The position numbers were made by a program, and so were the translations under genes. Under the pieces are notes generated by a model. That model saw nothing but the letters and a program-made list of their open reading frames with translations. It searched no databases and was not told the DNA's origin. Shown here one piece after another: positions 1 through 17,461 of a stretch of DNA of 64,000 nucleotides (its first letter is position 1; the number at the start of each line of letters is the position of its first letter). The stretch is from the human T2T-CHM13v2.0 reference genome, Homo sapiens, in the NCBI RefSeq assembly GCF_009914755.1, contig NC_060931.1; one strand, given 5' to 3'.

Positions 1-1549
1 GCCTGGGGAGGCGAGGGGAAGTGGAAGGAGGAACAGTGCCCTACTCAGCCCTGAATTCCGGCACCCAACATCATCATCATCATTATTATTAGAGTCAGGG
101 TCTCACTCTGTCATCCAGGCTGAAGTACAGTGGTGCAATCATAGCTCACTGTAGCCTCCGACTCCTGGGCTCAAGTGGTCCTCCCGCCTCAACCTCCCAA
201 GTAGCTAGCACTACAGGTGTGTGTCACCAGGCCTGGCTAATTTTTCTTTAAATTTTTTGTAGAGACGAGGGTCTCGCTATGTCGCCCAGGCTGGTCTTGA
301 CCTCCTGGGCTCAAGCGATCCTCCTACCTCAGCTTCCCAAAGTGCTGGGATAACAGCCACCACGCACCTGGCCCCTATCATCATCATCATCATCATTATT
401 ATCCCCAACATACAGATGAGAAAACTGAGGCCCAAAGAGGTAGAATGATTGTCCCAGATTTGCAGAAGGGACTGGAAGTTTGCGTCTGAGCCTGGCCCTC
501 CAGCCATGGCCCAGCCCAGCCCAGCTCTGCTCCAACGCCGTCCCCAGCCCTACCCCCTCTTCCTCCTTCCCATCATCCTATTTTCTTTAATGAGCCAGCT
601 CTTTGATAACTGCAGTGTGTTTTTTAGGAACTAAACAAACTGAAGCTGCAGGGTATTCTTTTTTTTTAACAAAAGAGCTCATTGAATAAGCAATGGGTTT
701 TTCTGCAACTATTTTTAAAGATGGAGCTGCAGGCTAGGCTGTGAGGAAAATCACAGAGAGTGCTCTCCTCAAGGTCAGGGCATTGAGGGAAAAATCCATT
801 GTTGGTGAGGTGCCCCGTGGACAAATATTCCGCAGTCAGAAGACCCAGGCGGTGGACAAGGCTCCTGGGACAAGCTCTCCTTCCCTGGCTACCCCAGGAC
901 ACTCAGGACAATGGTGTCCCTCCATCCTCTGCAGTGGCCCTAGCCCGGTCCCTTAGGCGGAGAGATTTTGTGATCCTTTAGCCTTGGTCCCCTCGTCCCT
1001 GGTATCCTCACCGGGAAGCGGTTGGCCACCGACCCTGCCCTCAAGGGGTTCCAAACTGGGGCCAATTTTCCTGGAAACAAAGCATTTCCACAACATCCCC
1101 ACACCTAATTTCCAACCACTTCCAAGCATTATCTCTGGGGGAAACTGAGGCTCAAAGAGGTCAGTGTGGCTGCCTGTGGCCAAGCTGGGGCTCAGACCTG
1201 GGGCTCTCTCTGTCCCCATGGTGGTCCCAGCATTATCCACTGCAGGGAGCTACCTATTCCAATACAAATCTATGTTACAGCCGGGCGCAGTGGCTCACGC
1301 CTGTAATCCCAGCACTTTGGGAGACAGAGACGGGCGGATCACTTGAGGCCAGGAGGCTGAGACCAGCCTGGCCAACATGATGAAACTCCGTCTCTACTAG
1401 AAACACAAAAATTAGCCAGGTGTGGTGGCGCATGCCTGTAATCCCAGCTACACAGGAGGCTGAGGCACGGGAATCACTTGAACCCAGGAGGTGGAGGTTG
1501 CAATGAGCCAAGATCATGCCACTGCTCTCCAGCCTGGATAACAGAATAG

Positions 1550-1970
<421 letters not shown>

Positions 1971-2290
1971 TAAGAACTGGGTGGGGACATTTCTCTAGTT
2001 TTTATGTGCAAGTAGCCCCAGCTCTCTGGGCTCCGATTTCCCAACTGTAGATTGGGGTTGACAGTGGTCGTGTAGTTAATATTTTCTAAGTCCTCCCTAT
2101 GCAGCACATGGCACAGGGTTCCCTAGGTGGGTGCTATTATTTCCCTCAATTGAGACAAGGAAAATGAGACTCAGAAAAGCCAGCTTATTTTCTGCTTATT
2201 TCTATCATGCAGCTTGCAAGGATTTGAGCCAGACAGGGTCTTGAACCCTCTGAGTTGGGCCCTAAACTCCTCCTGTTCCTCTGGAGTCTG

Positions 2291-2308
2291 GGCGCCCCCT
2301 GATGGTCA
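2291..2308 (-). promoter_or_regulatory. Candidate CTCF site
   Basis: Reverse complement TGACCATCAGGGGGCGCC vs consensus TGGCCACCAGGGGGCGC. Confidence 0.6.
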
Positions 2309-3103
2309 CAGCAACTCCTGCGGCTCAGCTCCCATCTTCCTGGTCCAACCTCCACCTGGTCACTCTGGGATAGGTGGGCCTCGGGCAGGTCAGCTGTCAG
2401 AAAGTCTAAGAAGCACCTGCTGAGATGCCCAGGAGGGTGGTGATCCATCCAGCAGCCCAGGACCTCAAATCCCAGCTCTGCGGCCCCCAGCTCTGTGACC
2501 TCGGTGAGGTGCTCAGGTAGGAGGAATCACTGAGAGATTAATTTCTGTTTTGTTCTTGGTGCATTTTCCCCTTCCTGGTTCCAAGAACAGATCAGGTCTC
2601 CAGGTCTTTGCATGAGACCGTCTTTTGTTTCCTGGCTTTTATTGTGAATGCTGAACTAGTGGGGGATGACGCTGGGCTGTGTGGGGAGAGGGTGGCTGGG
2701 GGAGTCTAACCCTGTCTGTGTGTTGTAATAGACTTGGGGCTAAAATCGTGTGGTTTTGCTCCTTCGCACATGAAAGCATTTTCCCCACCAATTGTGGGGC
2801 CCTGTTTAGAGCCTCCGGTAGGGCCCACACATCCCAGGGAACAGGAGGGAAGGCTTCCTGCTGAGTCTCCTGAAATTTGAGCCCAGTCACTAACAACCAT
2901 CTCTCAAGAGTGTCAAATAAAAATAAATCCAGGCTTAGTAAGGAGAGACTTTCTTCAAAAGGGCTATTGCAAAGGAGGAAAAGGTGCCGCGTGTGGAGGC
3001 TCATGCCTGTAATCCCAGTAATTTGGGAGGCCAAAACAGGAGGACCCCTTGAGCCCAAGAGTTCAAGACCAGCCTGGGCAACATAGGGCGACCCCCATCT
3101 CTA

Positions 3104-3563
<460 letters not shown>

Positions 3564-3565
3564 TA

Positions 3566-4339
<774 letters not shown>

Positions 4340-4870
4340 TTAAAGGGAAGCCTGGCCATTGGGACCTTGCTCCCTGAGGCTTCCTCTCAGAAGAGCTTAT
4401 AGCAACCCCGCCCCCCCACCCCGCCCCCAACACCCAGTGCTTGTTCCTAGGAGCACAAAGGTGCTTTGGAGGCAGCTGGAAGAAAATTAAAAGGCAGCAA
4501 AACCCAAACCCCACCAGAGAGGGTGTCTGCGCTGGGGACTGTTTGCTGATCACAGTCTCCAAAATGTTAACTCAACACACACTCTCTCGTGACTTTAAAA
4601 TGCACCCAGCATTGAGCCAGGCACAGTGGCTCACACCTGTGATCCCAGCACTTTGGGAGGCTGTGGTTGAGGGTATCGTTTGGTTTCAGGAGTTTGAGGC
4701 CAGCCTGGGCAGCGCAGTGAGACTCTGTCTCTCCAAAAAAATACATAAATGGGCCAGGCGCGGTGGCTCACGCCTGTAATCCCAGCACTTTGGGAGGCCG
4801 AGGCAGATGGATTACGAGGTCAGGAGATCGAGACCATCCTGGCTAACACGGTGAAACCCCATCTCTACTA

Positions 4871-5215
<345 letters not shown>

Positions 5216-6104
5216 CTATAGTCCCAGCTACTGAGGAGACTGAGGTGGGAGGATCCCTTGAGCCCATGGGGTTGAGGCTGCAGTGAGCCATGTTGGTGCT
5301 ACTGCACTCCAGTCTGGTCAACAGAGTGAGACTCTGTCTCAGGAAAAGGAAGAAAGGAAGGAAAGTACCTATCATTCAGATGCCCCCACACACGTACACA
5401 CACTCATGCACACACACATGATGCATACATGTACAGTGTGCAGTTTACAGAGAAGAGCAGACACAGGGGGATAGTAGAAGCGGGAGAAACAGGTGGACTG
5501 ATCACGCCGTCCACAGTGGTGGCAGCCCCGGAATGAGCAGCTGTCCAGAGCCGAGGTGGCGACAGTGGCACCAAGTGGTTAATGCACCCGGGATCCCCAA
5601 AGGCCTCCCTGCTCTCCCCAGGGTCTCATGCAGGGGTCCAGCTGGTGGCCTCTGCTCCCTCCCTCCTTCATCTCCCCACCACAACCCTGCTCCGGGGCCC
5701 TGAAGCAGCTGATCCCCATCATCTGATGGAAGGGAGTGGCAGCCGGGACTTGCACGCCTCTGAGCCACTGTCCCCAATGCCCAGCAGAAAACAGGTCAGA
5801 AAGATGCCTGCAGAGGGAGGAGTTCACTTAGGAGCTTCCCCTCCCCAGTGAGAAGCTCAGCTCGGGAGACTATAGGGCAAGGGTTGCTGTGGGTCACATG
5901 TAGAGCCGGTGAGAAGCTGGAAAATACAGCACAGTCTGGAGAGGGGGTCAGGGAGGAGGTGGGCAGCTCCCTCAGTCTCTCTTCACACCTCTTCCTATAG
6001 AATCTTCCATTCCCAGCTGGAAAATACAGCACAGTCTGGAAAGGGGGTCAGGGAGGAGGTGGGCCGCTCCCTCAGTCTCTCTTCACACTTCTTCCTATAG
6101 AATC

Positions 6105-6295
6105 AACAGCCCTAGGAGGTATGAAGTGGTGTCTCATTGTGGTTTGGATTTGCATTTCCTTAATGACCAATGACATCGTGCATCTTTCCATGGGCTTATT
6201 GGCCATTTGTATATTTTCTTTGGCTAGATGTCTATTCAAGTCCTTTGCCCATTTTTTTTTAAAGTGGGTTATCTTTTAATTGCTGAGTTGTGTGA
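6105..6295 (-). mobile_element. Old L1 (ORF2 3' region) fragment
   Basis: GTGGTGTCTCATTGTGGTTTGGATTTGCATTTCC ... TGTCTATTCAAGTCCTTTGCCCATTTT is typical antisense L1 sequence. Confidence 0.75.
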
Positions 6296-7444
6296 TTCAT
6301 GATGGTCAACAAGCTGGGAAAAAATGGGCAGGTATCTAGGCTCTGCTGGGTCCCGAGGGCAGCGAGCTGTGGATGCCTCCACAATGTTTCCTGAATGAAT
6401 GCCTAGAAAAACACACCAACGCACCCTTTCCCTCTTTTTCTCTCTCTCTCTCTTTTTTTTTTAAAGACACAGGGTCTTGCTCTGCCACCTAGGCTGGAGT
6501 GCGGTGGTGTGATCCTAGGTCACTGCAGCCTCCAACTCCTGGGCTCAAGCAATCCTCCTACCTCAGCCTCCCTAGTAGCTGCGACTACAGGCACCCACCA
6601 TCATGCCCAGCTAATTTTTTTAATTTTATTTTTTGTAGAGATGGGGTCTCGCTGTGCTGCCCAGGCTGTGTCTCACATTCCTGGCCTCAAACGATCCTCC
6701 CACTTTGGCCTCTCAAAGTGCTGAGATTACAGCGAGTTCCCTCTTTATCCACATGGTACAACATGAAAAAACAAAAGCTTGGACAGATTCAGTGGCTGGC
6801 CCAAGGTCACAGAGCCAGGCTGGAACACAGATCTCCATTTCCTCAACCCACAGTCAAACTATCTTGTGGCTGTAGCTGTTGACTCATGCTGACCTGTAGA
6901 TTTCTCGGAAAAGCTATTGGGCAAGAAAAAGAAGAGGCAAAACAAAAGTGACCTCCTCTTCTGAAAAGATTTCTCAAGGGCCAGAGTCCCAGGAATGTCT
7001 TCTGTCCTGGAAGGGGCTGAAGGTTCTAGAAGTTGGTTGCCAGCTTGGCTGTTTCACCAATGTGAATGTGAGTATATGTGTGTGCGTACAGTGTGCCTGT
7101 GTGTTCATGCAGGTGTGTCGGCAGGTGCTGCAATGCCAGGACCCTGCCCATCCATGCCCCTCTGCCCGCCATGCCCCCCGGTGCACCTGGCAGAGGCTGG
7201 GAGCCTGCAGAAAGCATAGCCGGTCAGACACTGCCACCTGCTGGACATACTGGGCACAGCATGCAGATGGCTTGGGGCCCTGGCACTTCATCTCCTAGAT
7301 CTTCTAAGGCCCCCAGAAAGTAGTGTCCTCCATCACCCCTCATTGCCTATGTGGGCCTCTCTAGAAAACACCTACAGGGTGTAATCTCAGCACTTTGGGA
7401 GGCCTGTAATCCCAGCACTTTGGGAGGCCAAGGCGGGCGGATCA

Positions 7445-7843
<399 letters not shown>

Positions 7844-8177
7844 TCAAGTCAAGCCCTCTTCTCAGAATAATGTTTTCAAAAGCATAATATAAAATAGTGC
7901 TGGACACACTGGCTCACACCTATAATCCCAGCACTTCAGGAGGCTGAGGCAAGAGGATCACCTGAGGCCAGGAGTTCGAGACAAACCTGGGCAACACAGC
8001 AAGACCCCATCTTTACAAAAAAAATTTTTTTTAATTAGCCAGGTGTGGTGACTTATACCTGTGATCCTAGCACTTTGGGAGGCCAAGGCAGGAGGATCAC
8101 TTGAGGCCAGGAGTTCAAGACCAGTCTGGGCAACACAGCAAGACCCCTATCTCTACAAAAACTTTCTTAAAAAATTA

Positions 8178-8441
<264 letters not shown>

Positions 8442-9039
8442 CTAAACAAATACATAAATAAAGATGTAATTTTTCCCATCCAAGTACCTCAATGCTCTCC
8501 ATGGATCCCTTGGGGATTAGGGTAGCTCAGTTTAAGAGACTCTGACCCATTCCCTGCCTGATGACCCTGGAGCCTCCTCGGCCCGTTGGCCCACTACCAC
8601 ATGGGACCCAGCTTAGCTTGCTCCCTCAGCCCCTGCCACACTGTCTACAGCCCACCTGCTCTCCCAGCCTCCAGCCTCTGACCTTTCCTCCTCAACACAG
8701 AACAAGGCACCACTCTCAGAAGCCAGGCCAGTGGCTTTCTGCTCCAAGGATGGATAATTGCCCGATCTGATGTCCAAGAGGCCGCCATGCCAGAAGGGGC
8801 CCACACCGCAGTCCCTCTCTCCAGGATTCAGGGAGGGAGGCCCCTGCCTCCTGACACCTGGACATCACCACGTCTCACACCAGGGCTTCCGGGCCATTTG
8901 TCCTGACCTATGGGGTCTTCTGGACAGTCTGGACAGACATTGAGTTTGTTCCTTAGAGTCTTGTGTTCCCTCCCCTAATTCCAGTCATTGTGAGGTTACA
9001 ACACAAGTGTGAGGAAGTAACCCTTTCTCCCTTCCTCAC

Positions 9040-10360
<1,321 letters not shown>

Positions 10361-10587
10361 TGGGGCTGCCGAAACAAAGTACCACGAACTAGGTGGCTTA
10401 AAACAACAGCAACGGGACCAGGCGCGGTGGTTCACACCTGTAATCCCAGCACTTTGGGAGGCCGAGGCGGGTGGATCATGCGAGGTCAGGAGTTCAAGAC
10501 CAGCCTTGCCAACATGGTGAAACCCCATCTCTACTAAAAATACAAAAATTAGCCGGGTGGGGTGGTGGGTGTCTGTAGTCTCAACTA

Positions 10588-10689
<102 letters not shown>

Positions 10690-10916
10690 TCAACAAAACA
10701 AAACAAAAAACTCAGGGCTGGGTGCGGTGGCTCACGCCTGTAACCCCAACATTTTGGGAGGCCAAGGCAGGAGGATAACTTGAGCTCAGGAGTTTGAGAC
10801 CAGCCTGGGCAAGATAGTGGAGCCTCATCTCTACAAAAAATAAGCAGAAAATTAGCCATGGATGGTGGCATGCACCTATAGTCCCAGCTACTCAGGAGGC
10901 TGAGGTGGGAGAATCA

Positions 10917-11045
<129 letters not shown>

Positions 11046-11840
11046 TCACACCTGTAATCCCAGCACTTTGGGAGGCCGAGGAGGGCAGATCACAAGGTCA
11101 GGAGATCAAGACCATCCTGGCCAAAGATGGTGAAACCCCATCTCTACTAAACATACAAAAATTAGCCGGGCATGGTGGCACGTGCTTGTAATCCCCGCTA
11201 CTTGAGAGGCTGAGGCAGGAGAATTGCTTGAACTAGGGAGTCAGAGGTTGCAGTGAGCCGAGATCACGCCACCGCACTCCAGCCTGGCGACAGAGTGAGA
11301 CTCCATCTCAAAATAAATTAATAAAAAGAAATAAAAGAAACGCAGAATCCCAGGCCCCACTCCAGACCTCCAAAATGAAAATTCTTGTTTACCAAGATCT
11401 CTAGCAATTCTCATGAACCTCAAAGTTTAAGAAGCCTGCTAGAGACTAGTGGTTCACATACCTGATATGCACCAGAATCGCAGAGGGCTTGTGAAAACAG
11501 GTGGCTGCCCCCCTACCCAGGCACTGCTTCAGGTATCAGGTCGAGCCCAAGGGTCTGCATTTCCAACACGTCCCCAGGTGTGGTCCACGTTCCTCCTCTG
11601 GCTCTAGAATCCCCCTGAGGTCTCAGACAGGGATGCATGTCCAAGTCACCTGGGGACAGCTCTCCCCACCTCCAGGGACCTGAACTGGCTCCCTTCAGTT
11701 GTCTTCACCACAGAGGACAAGTGGGATGTCCTGCTGCGTCACAGCACTGCCGTTGCTGTCTGCAAGGCAAAAACGTCCATGCACAAAAGAGAGACTCTGG
11801 CCACACCGTCTATGCTTGGCTATATTCAGAGCACACAAGC

Positions 11841-11846
11841 TTTATT
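11841..11846 (-). terminator. TMEM130: TMEM130 polyadenylation signal AATAAA
   Basis: tttatt on the + strand; followed on the minus strand by G/T-rich sequence (GCTTGTGTGCTCT). Confidence 0.8.
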
Positions 11847-11894
11847 TAGCAACAATGGCAGTATTTCATGAGAATGAGCTGCACAATAGTGTAA

Positions 11895-12477
<583 letters not shown>

Positions 12478-12827
12478 TTGACTCAACCTCTTCTACCGCT
12501 GCAAGGCCTTTTCCTCAGTGAAAGTTTCACAGATGGGTTTCGATAAAATAAGGTGATATTTATAAAGCACTCTGCAATCACTCAGTATTAGTCCTGCCCC
12601 CCATCCAGCCCCCTGCCAGCCAGCAGGGACTAGGATGGCCTTATAAAGGGCGCAAGAACTGCAGAGACAAAGCACAAAGGGAGGGCCCGGGCCCAGAACC
12701 TGTCAGGGCTGCTTGGAGGTCAAATTTCCTTTCAGCTCTAGTGCAGGGTGCATCCCAGCAACCGACTTAACCAGATACAGAGCTGATCATCTGAAATGCC
12801 CATGTGACGCATGTGTTTATATTTCTC

Positions 12828-12829
12828 TG

Positions 12830-12860
<31 letters not shown>

Positions 12861-12861
12861 T
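12828..12861. repeat. (GT)n, read as (CA)n in the TMEM130 mRNA 3'UTR
   Basis: Direct reading. Confidence 0.9.
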
Positions 12862-13366
12862 ACATGCACACTTCTCTCTGTGAGTGTGCCCATCTATGTG
12901 TACAACCTTTAGTTATGGATTTTTAACCCTTTATGACCTTCTTTCTAGCTCTCTGGCACAGGTAGGGCTGTCTGGGGGAGGAAACTGAGAACCCCCAATG
13001 GACAGCAGATGTGCCAATATGAGAGGAATGGGCAGTGGGCAGCCAGGCCCACCTGGGAGTCAACACGGAACACCCCAAGCATCAAAGTCCTGCACGAAGC
13101 CTCTTCAAAGGTAGGGGGTCAAGGGGGTGGTAACCGAGTGGGGCTTATGTCAGTGGCTGGACTGTACAGATGGGTGAATGGCTGGGGTCAGGGGTGACAG
13201 AGAGGGAGGGGCTTGTGGCAGTGGCTGAACTGTACAGATGGATGGATGATCCAGGCCAACAGCCCCACGCAAATGAACCCCTCCTGGTCAGTGGTGCACA
13301 CCACCCTGCTGGAAACTCCAAGTCAGCAGTCAGTTAACACTGAGATGGGGTGGGGAGGGGGAGTGC

Positions 13367-13555
13367 TCACACGGTGTAAGTTTTGACAGACTTATAGAGG
13401 GGCGGGAGCAGCCCGTGGTTCTCACGAACAATTTCCAGGTACTCAGATGGAGTCTCCAGCAAGAAAGGCCCACAGCACATCTGGCAGCAGCACCTGACCC
13501 CAGAGGGTGGCTCCGGGTTCTTGTCAGACATGGGGGAAAAGTCAAAATCAGCCAC
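13367..13555 (-). CDS. TMEM130: TMEM130 last coding exon (cytoplasmic tail ending ...YKSVKTYTV*)
   Basis: Acceptor catag|GTG; TGA at 13369-13367; the 8 exons sum to 1308 nt = 435 aa + stop. Alternative in-frame acceptor starts at 13519. Confidence 0.97.
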   Translation of the reverse strand: MADFDFSPMSDKNPEPPSGVRCCCQMCCGPFLLETPSEYLEIVRENHGLLPPLYKSVKTYTV

Positions 13556-13893
13556 CTATGATGAACAAAATCCCACGGGTCAATCACCCACCCACCAGGA
13601 GCCCCATCAGGTGGCCTTATGAGCTCAGCTGCCTGGTGGCAGAGTGCACAGAAACACCTTTCTGGCACCACACAGATGCAAGAGATGGATATAGGAGATA
13701 AATCAGATGGGACACCAACTTAGCAATTTTTCCTGGTCTACAGATGCCTCTTGGGCACATCACCCCAAGTCCCGGAGCCTCGCTGTAATATCAAGACCCC
13801 CTCCAGGCATCCTGGCCTGGCCCCCATACCCTCTCTAAACATCCTCTCTAGGCAAGGCCCAGTAGTCCAGCCCCCACCCCACTGAGTACCCAC

Positions 13894-14006
13894 CTCCACC
13901 ATGTCCTTTTGCTGAGTGGCATTCCGCAGGGTCATGTACATGATGAAGGCCAACATCACAGTGATAAGTGTAGCACATGGGAAAGCAAAGACAGCCGGCT
14001 GGATTC
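13894..14006 (-). CDS. TMEM130: TMEM130 coding exon 7 (transmembrane helix [23 protein letters not shown])
   Basis: Acceptor cccag|GA, donor GAG|gtgggt; 113 nt. Confidence 0.97.
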
Positions 14007-15518
14007 CTGGGAATGAAAGAAGTAACATTACAGGACTGGGTAGCTGGTACTACAGTGCTGGTTCTCAGGAAGCAAGCACAACAAAGGAGGGAATGGTCAA
14101 GCCCCACCAGTGATTTTTTTTACCCTCATGTACATGCATCCCAACTGGGCAACCCCAATAGGTAAATCCAGGACTTCACAAAAAATAAACTGGGGTCTGG
14201 GTAGGGGGCTTTCAGCATACATCCACAAGTTACTTGGTAGCAACTTCCAAGAGAGGCAGCTAAATTCCTCACACCTTGAGTGAGGGCTGGACTCAGCGAC
14301 CAGCTCCTAGTGTACAGCAGATGAAAGGAGTGACAGTGCATGACTCCTGAGTCTAAGCCATAAGAGACACCACAGCTCCCTCTTTGCTCTCTCGGGTGAC
14401 ACACTTTTGGGAAGGGCAGCCATGTTGTGAGGTCACCCAATCAGCACTGTGTCCCCTGCTTCAGCTTCTCACGCTCTGGCAACTGCAGGCTCACCCAATA
14501 AACCTGTTGCTATGAAATGGTATGGTAGAAAGAGTCCAGTGTCTGAAGTTGAACAGTCCTGGGTTCAAATCCTAGCTCTGAATAGGCTACCTCATGCTAA
14601 TGCTGACCTGCAAGACTGCTAAGGAGATGCAACAAGAAGAGGGGTGTTGATGTGTGTGGCATGTGGTAGGTGATCAGGAAGTGTGGGTTCCCTCTCCCTT
14701 TTCCCTCACCCTCTGCCATGAGGGTCTGTTTCCAAAGAAAAGTTGTCATTGATTACCTGTACTGCTGTCTTCTCTGCAGAATTCAGGGGGTTCCTGATTG
14801 GAACTTGGTCCCCAGAGGGTGCTGAGAGATGCAGGGCTCAAGTGACCTGATGATGCCCACAAAGTAAGCCAGGGCCAAGATTGAGTGTAGCATCCTCTCA
14901 GGGGCCCAGAGTGGGATTGGGGAAACTGGAGGGGACAGTGACAGCTTCAGGTGCATCCATAGGACCAACCTTGAAGACAAGTGCAGCTGGCAGGGTTTGG
15001 CATGAGCTTGGGAGCACTGGGAAGAACTAACTCCTACCCCGGGACCAGGAATCTGAAACCCTGGCTCAGGCTCAGGCTGACATCCAGTCTTGTTGCCTCC
15101 CTGTGCCTTAGTTTCCCCTTTTGTAGCATCAAAGGTAGAAGTAGGTTGGGCATCTGAAAGACAGTGCCTTCAGGACCTGAGATCCTACTCTATGTAAGGA
15201 AGTACTTCTCTGGGGCTCCCAGAGTCCTCCATAAAAATGAAGTGTAGAACCCAATGCTGTCATCAGCAAAGCCCACAATCGTAAGCCAGGGGCTGGGCCG
15301 ATGATAGTTTTGGAAAGGTATTTCAAGAAAGAAGGTTGGGCATCCTTTTCTCTTTTTTATTTTTTATTTATTTTTCTGGAGACAGGGTCTCACTCTGTCG
15401 CTCAGGCTGGAGTGCTGTGGTGTGATCTTGGCTCATTGCAGCCTCAACCTCCTGGGCTCAAGTGATCTACCACATCAGCTTCCCGAGTAGCATAGCAGAG
15501 ACCTACAGGCACACGCCA

Positions 15519-15796
<278 letters not shown>

Positions 15797-16099
15797 TAGT
15801 AGAGACAGGTTTTGCCATGTTGGCCAGGCTGGTCTCAAACTCTTGGCCTCAAGTGATCCACCCACCTCGGCCTCTCAAAGTGCTGCAATTACAGGCACGA
15901 GCCACCGCATCTGTCCTATTTTTATATCTTTTGTAGAGACAGAGTTTTGCCACGTTGCCCAGGCTGGTCTCAGACTCCTGGGTTCAATCAGTCCACCCGC
16001 CTCAGCCTCCCAGAGTCCTGGGAGCCACCATGCCTAGCCCAGGCATCCTTATTAACAATATGCAATGCCTTCTCCCTGCAAGACTCACTACAACACTGT

Positions 16100-16700
16100 G
16101 AGTTGAGTAGAGTTACTGTTGGGGATGCTGGTTTTAGCAGTGGCAACTGCTGGGGCAGGGGTGATGGTGATGAGGGAGGGAACACTGCAATCATGGTGGC
16201 TCATTTGGTGCAGAAGTGTTTGTGCTGGGGACGTGTGGTCTTGGAAATATGTGGGAGAAGACATTGGCATGGTTGCTTTCGGTCCACAAAGCTGGCATTG
16301 GGGCAGGTGGTGGCATGGGCTTATAGATGTGGGTAGGGTCGGGGTCATTGAGGTGACTTGGTGAGAATGCTTATAGAGTCGTTAGTGGTGGCAATGGTGG
16401 TCCTGGAAGAGTTGTCAGGAAAGCATATGGTAATGGTGGTAGCTGAGTTGGTTACAGTTGTTAGTGGTGCTGGTGTTGATGGTGGTGCTGGTAGAATCGA
16501 TGGGTGCCATATTGGGGTTGACAGAGTTGGTTGCTGGTGGGATTGGAGAGTTTGGTGGTGGTGGTATTGGCAGTTGGCCAGCGCTGATGTTGGCGGTCAC
16601 TGGAGTCAGTGGGGTTATGGATGGTGCTGATGCTAGCGGGCTTTGTTGCTGAGGACCTTGGTAAGGCTGGCTGGTAGGAGCGTATTGGTGGTGGTGGCAG
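16100..16700. repeat. Degenerate (GGT/TGG)n low-complexity tract in TMEM130 intron 6
   Basis: GGTGGT-rich sequence producing V/G-rich and T/P-rich pseudo-ORFs. Confidence 0.7.
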
Positions 16701-16758
16701 GATGGACAGGCTTGTGCTGCCCATGTGGCACTGGAGCAGAAGGCGAGGTGTCACTTAC

Positions 16759-16961
16759 TGGAGGGCCACACCTGGATCTTGTGGTACTGATGTGTCTTGC
16801 TGATGATATTCTCGGCCCGGATGCTGAAGCAGTAGTCCCCAGGGTCCCTGAAGGTGTGGGTCAGGTTGTACGCTGTGCTGGCCACGGACACAGGGTGGCA
16901 CTCCCCTTCCTCCAGCGGGAGGCACTCAGGCTTGAGACGCCAGCACACAGTCAGAGGAGGG
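16759..16961 (-). CDS. TMEM130: TMEM130 coding exon 6 ([14 protein letters not shown]...KIQVWPS)
   Basis: Acceptor ctgcag|C, donor A|gtaagt; 203 nt; matches ORF 16751..16948. Confidence 0.97.
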
Positions 16962-17251
16962 CTGCAGGGAAATGGGGGCGGTTTTTAAGAAAAGGCTCAG
17001 CAAAGCATGTCAGCACAGACCAAGTCCAAGACAGGCCAGGTGGGCAGGAACTTCAGTGTCCTTTCCAGGACAGGACATCAAGCCGTCCTGGACTCAGCTT
17101 CATGCATTCCAGACCAGGGGACACTATGGTGCAAAAGAGATGGTCCCGGACCCCCAAGAGAATTCCAAGTGAATAAGGCCAACAGAGATACGCATAGACT
17201 GCTCACTGGAGGCAGGATGAGCGGTCTGATGGCACACATGGTGTACCATAG

Positions 17252-17461
<210 letters not shown>

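Noticed and set aside
16088-17176. Mucin-like and Val/Gly-rich ORFs, and a 177-aa ORF antisense to exon 6
   Set aside because: Degenerate (GGT)n tract plus the antisense shadow of a real exon
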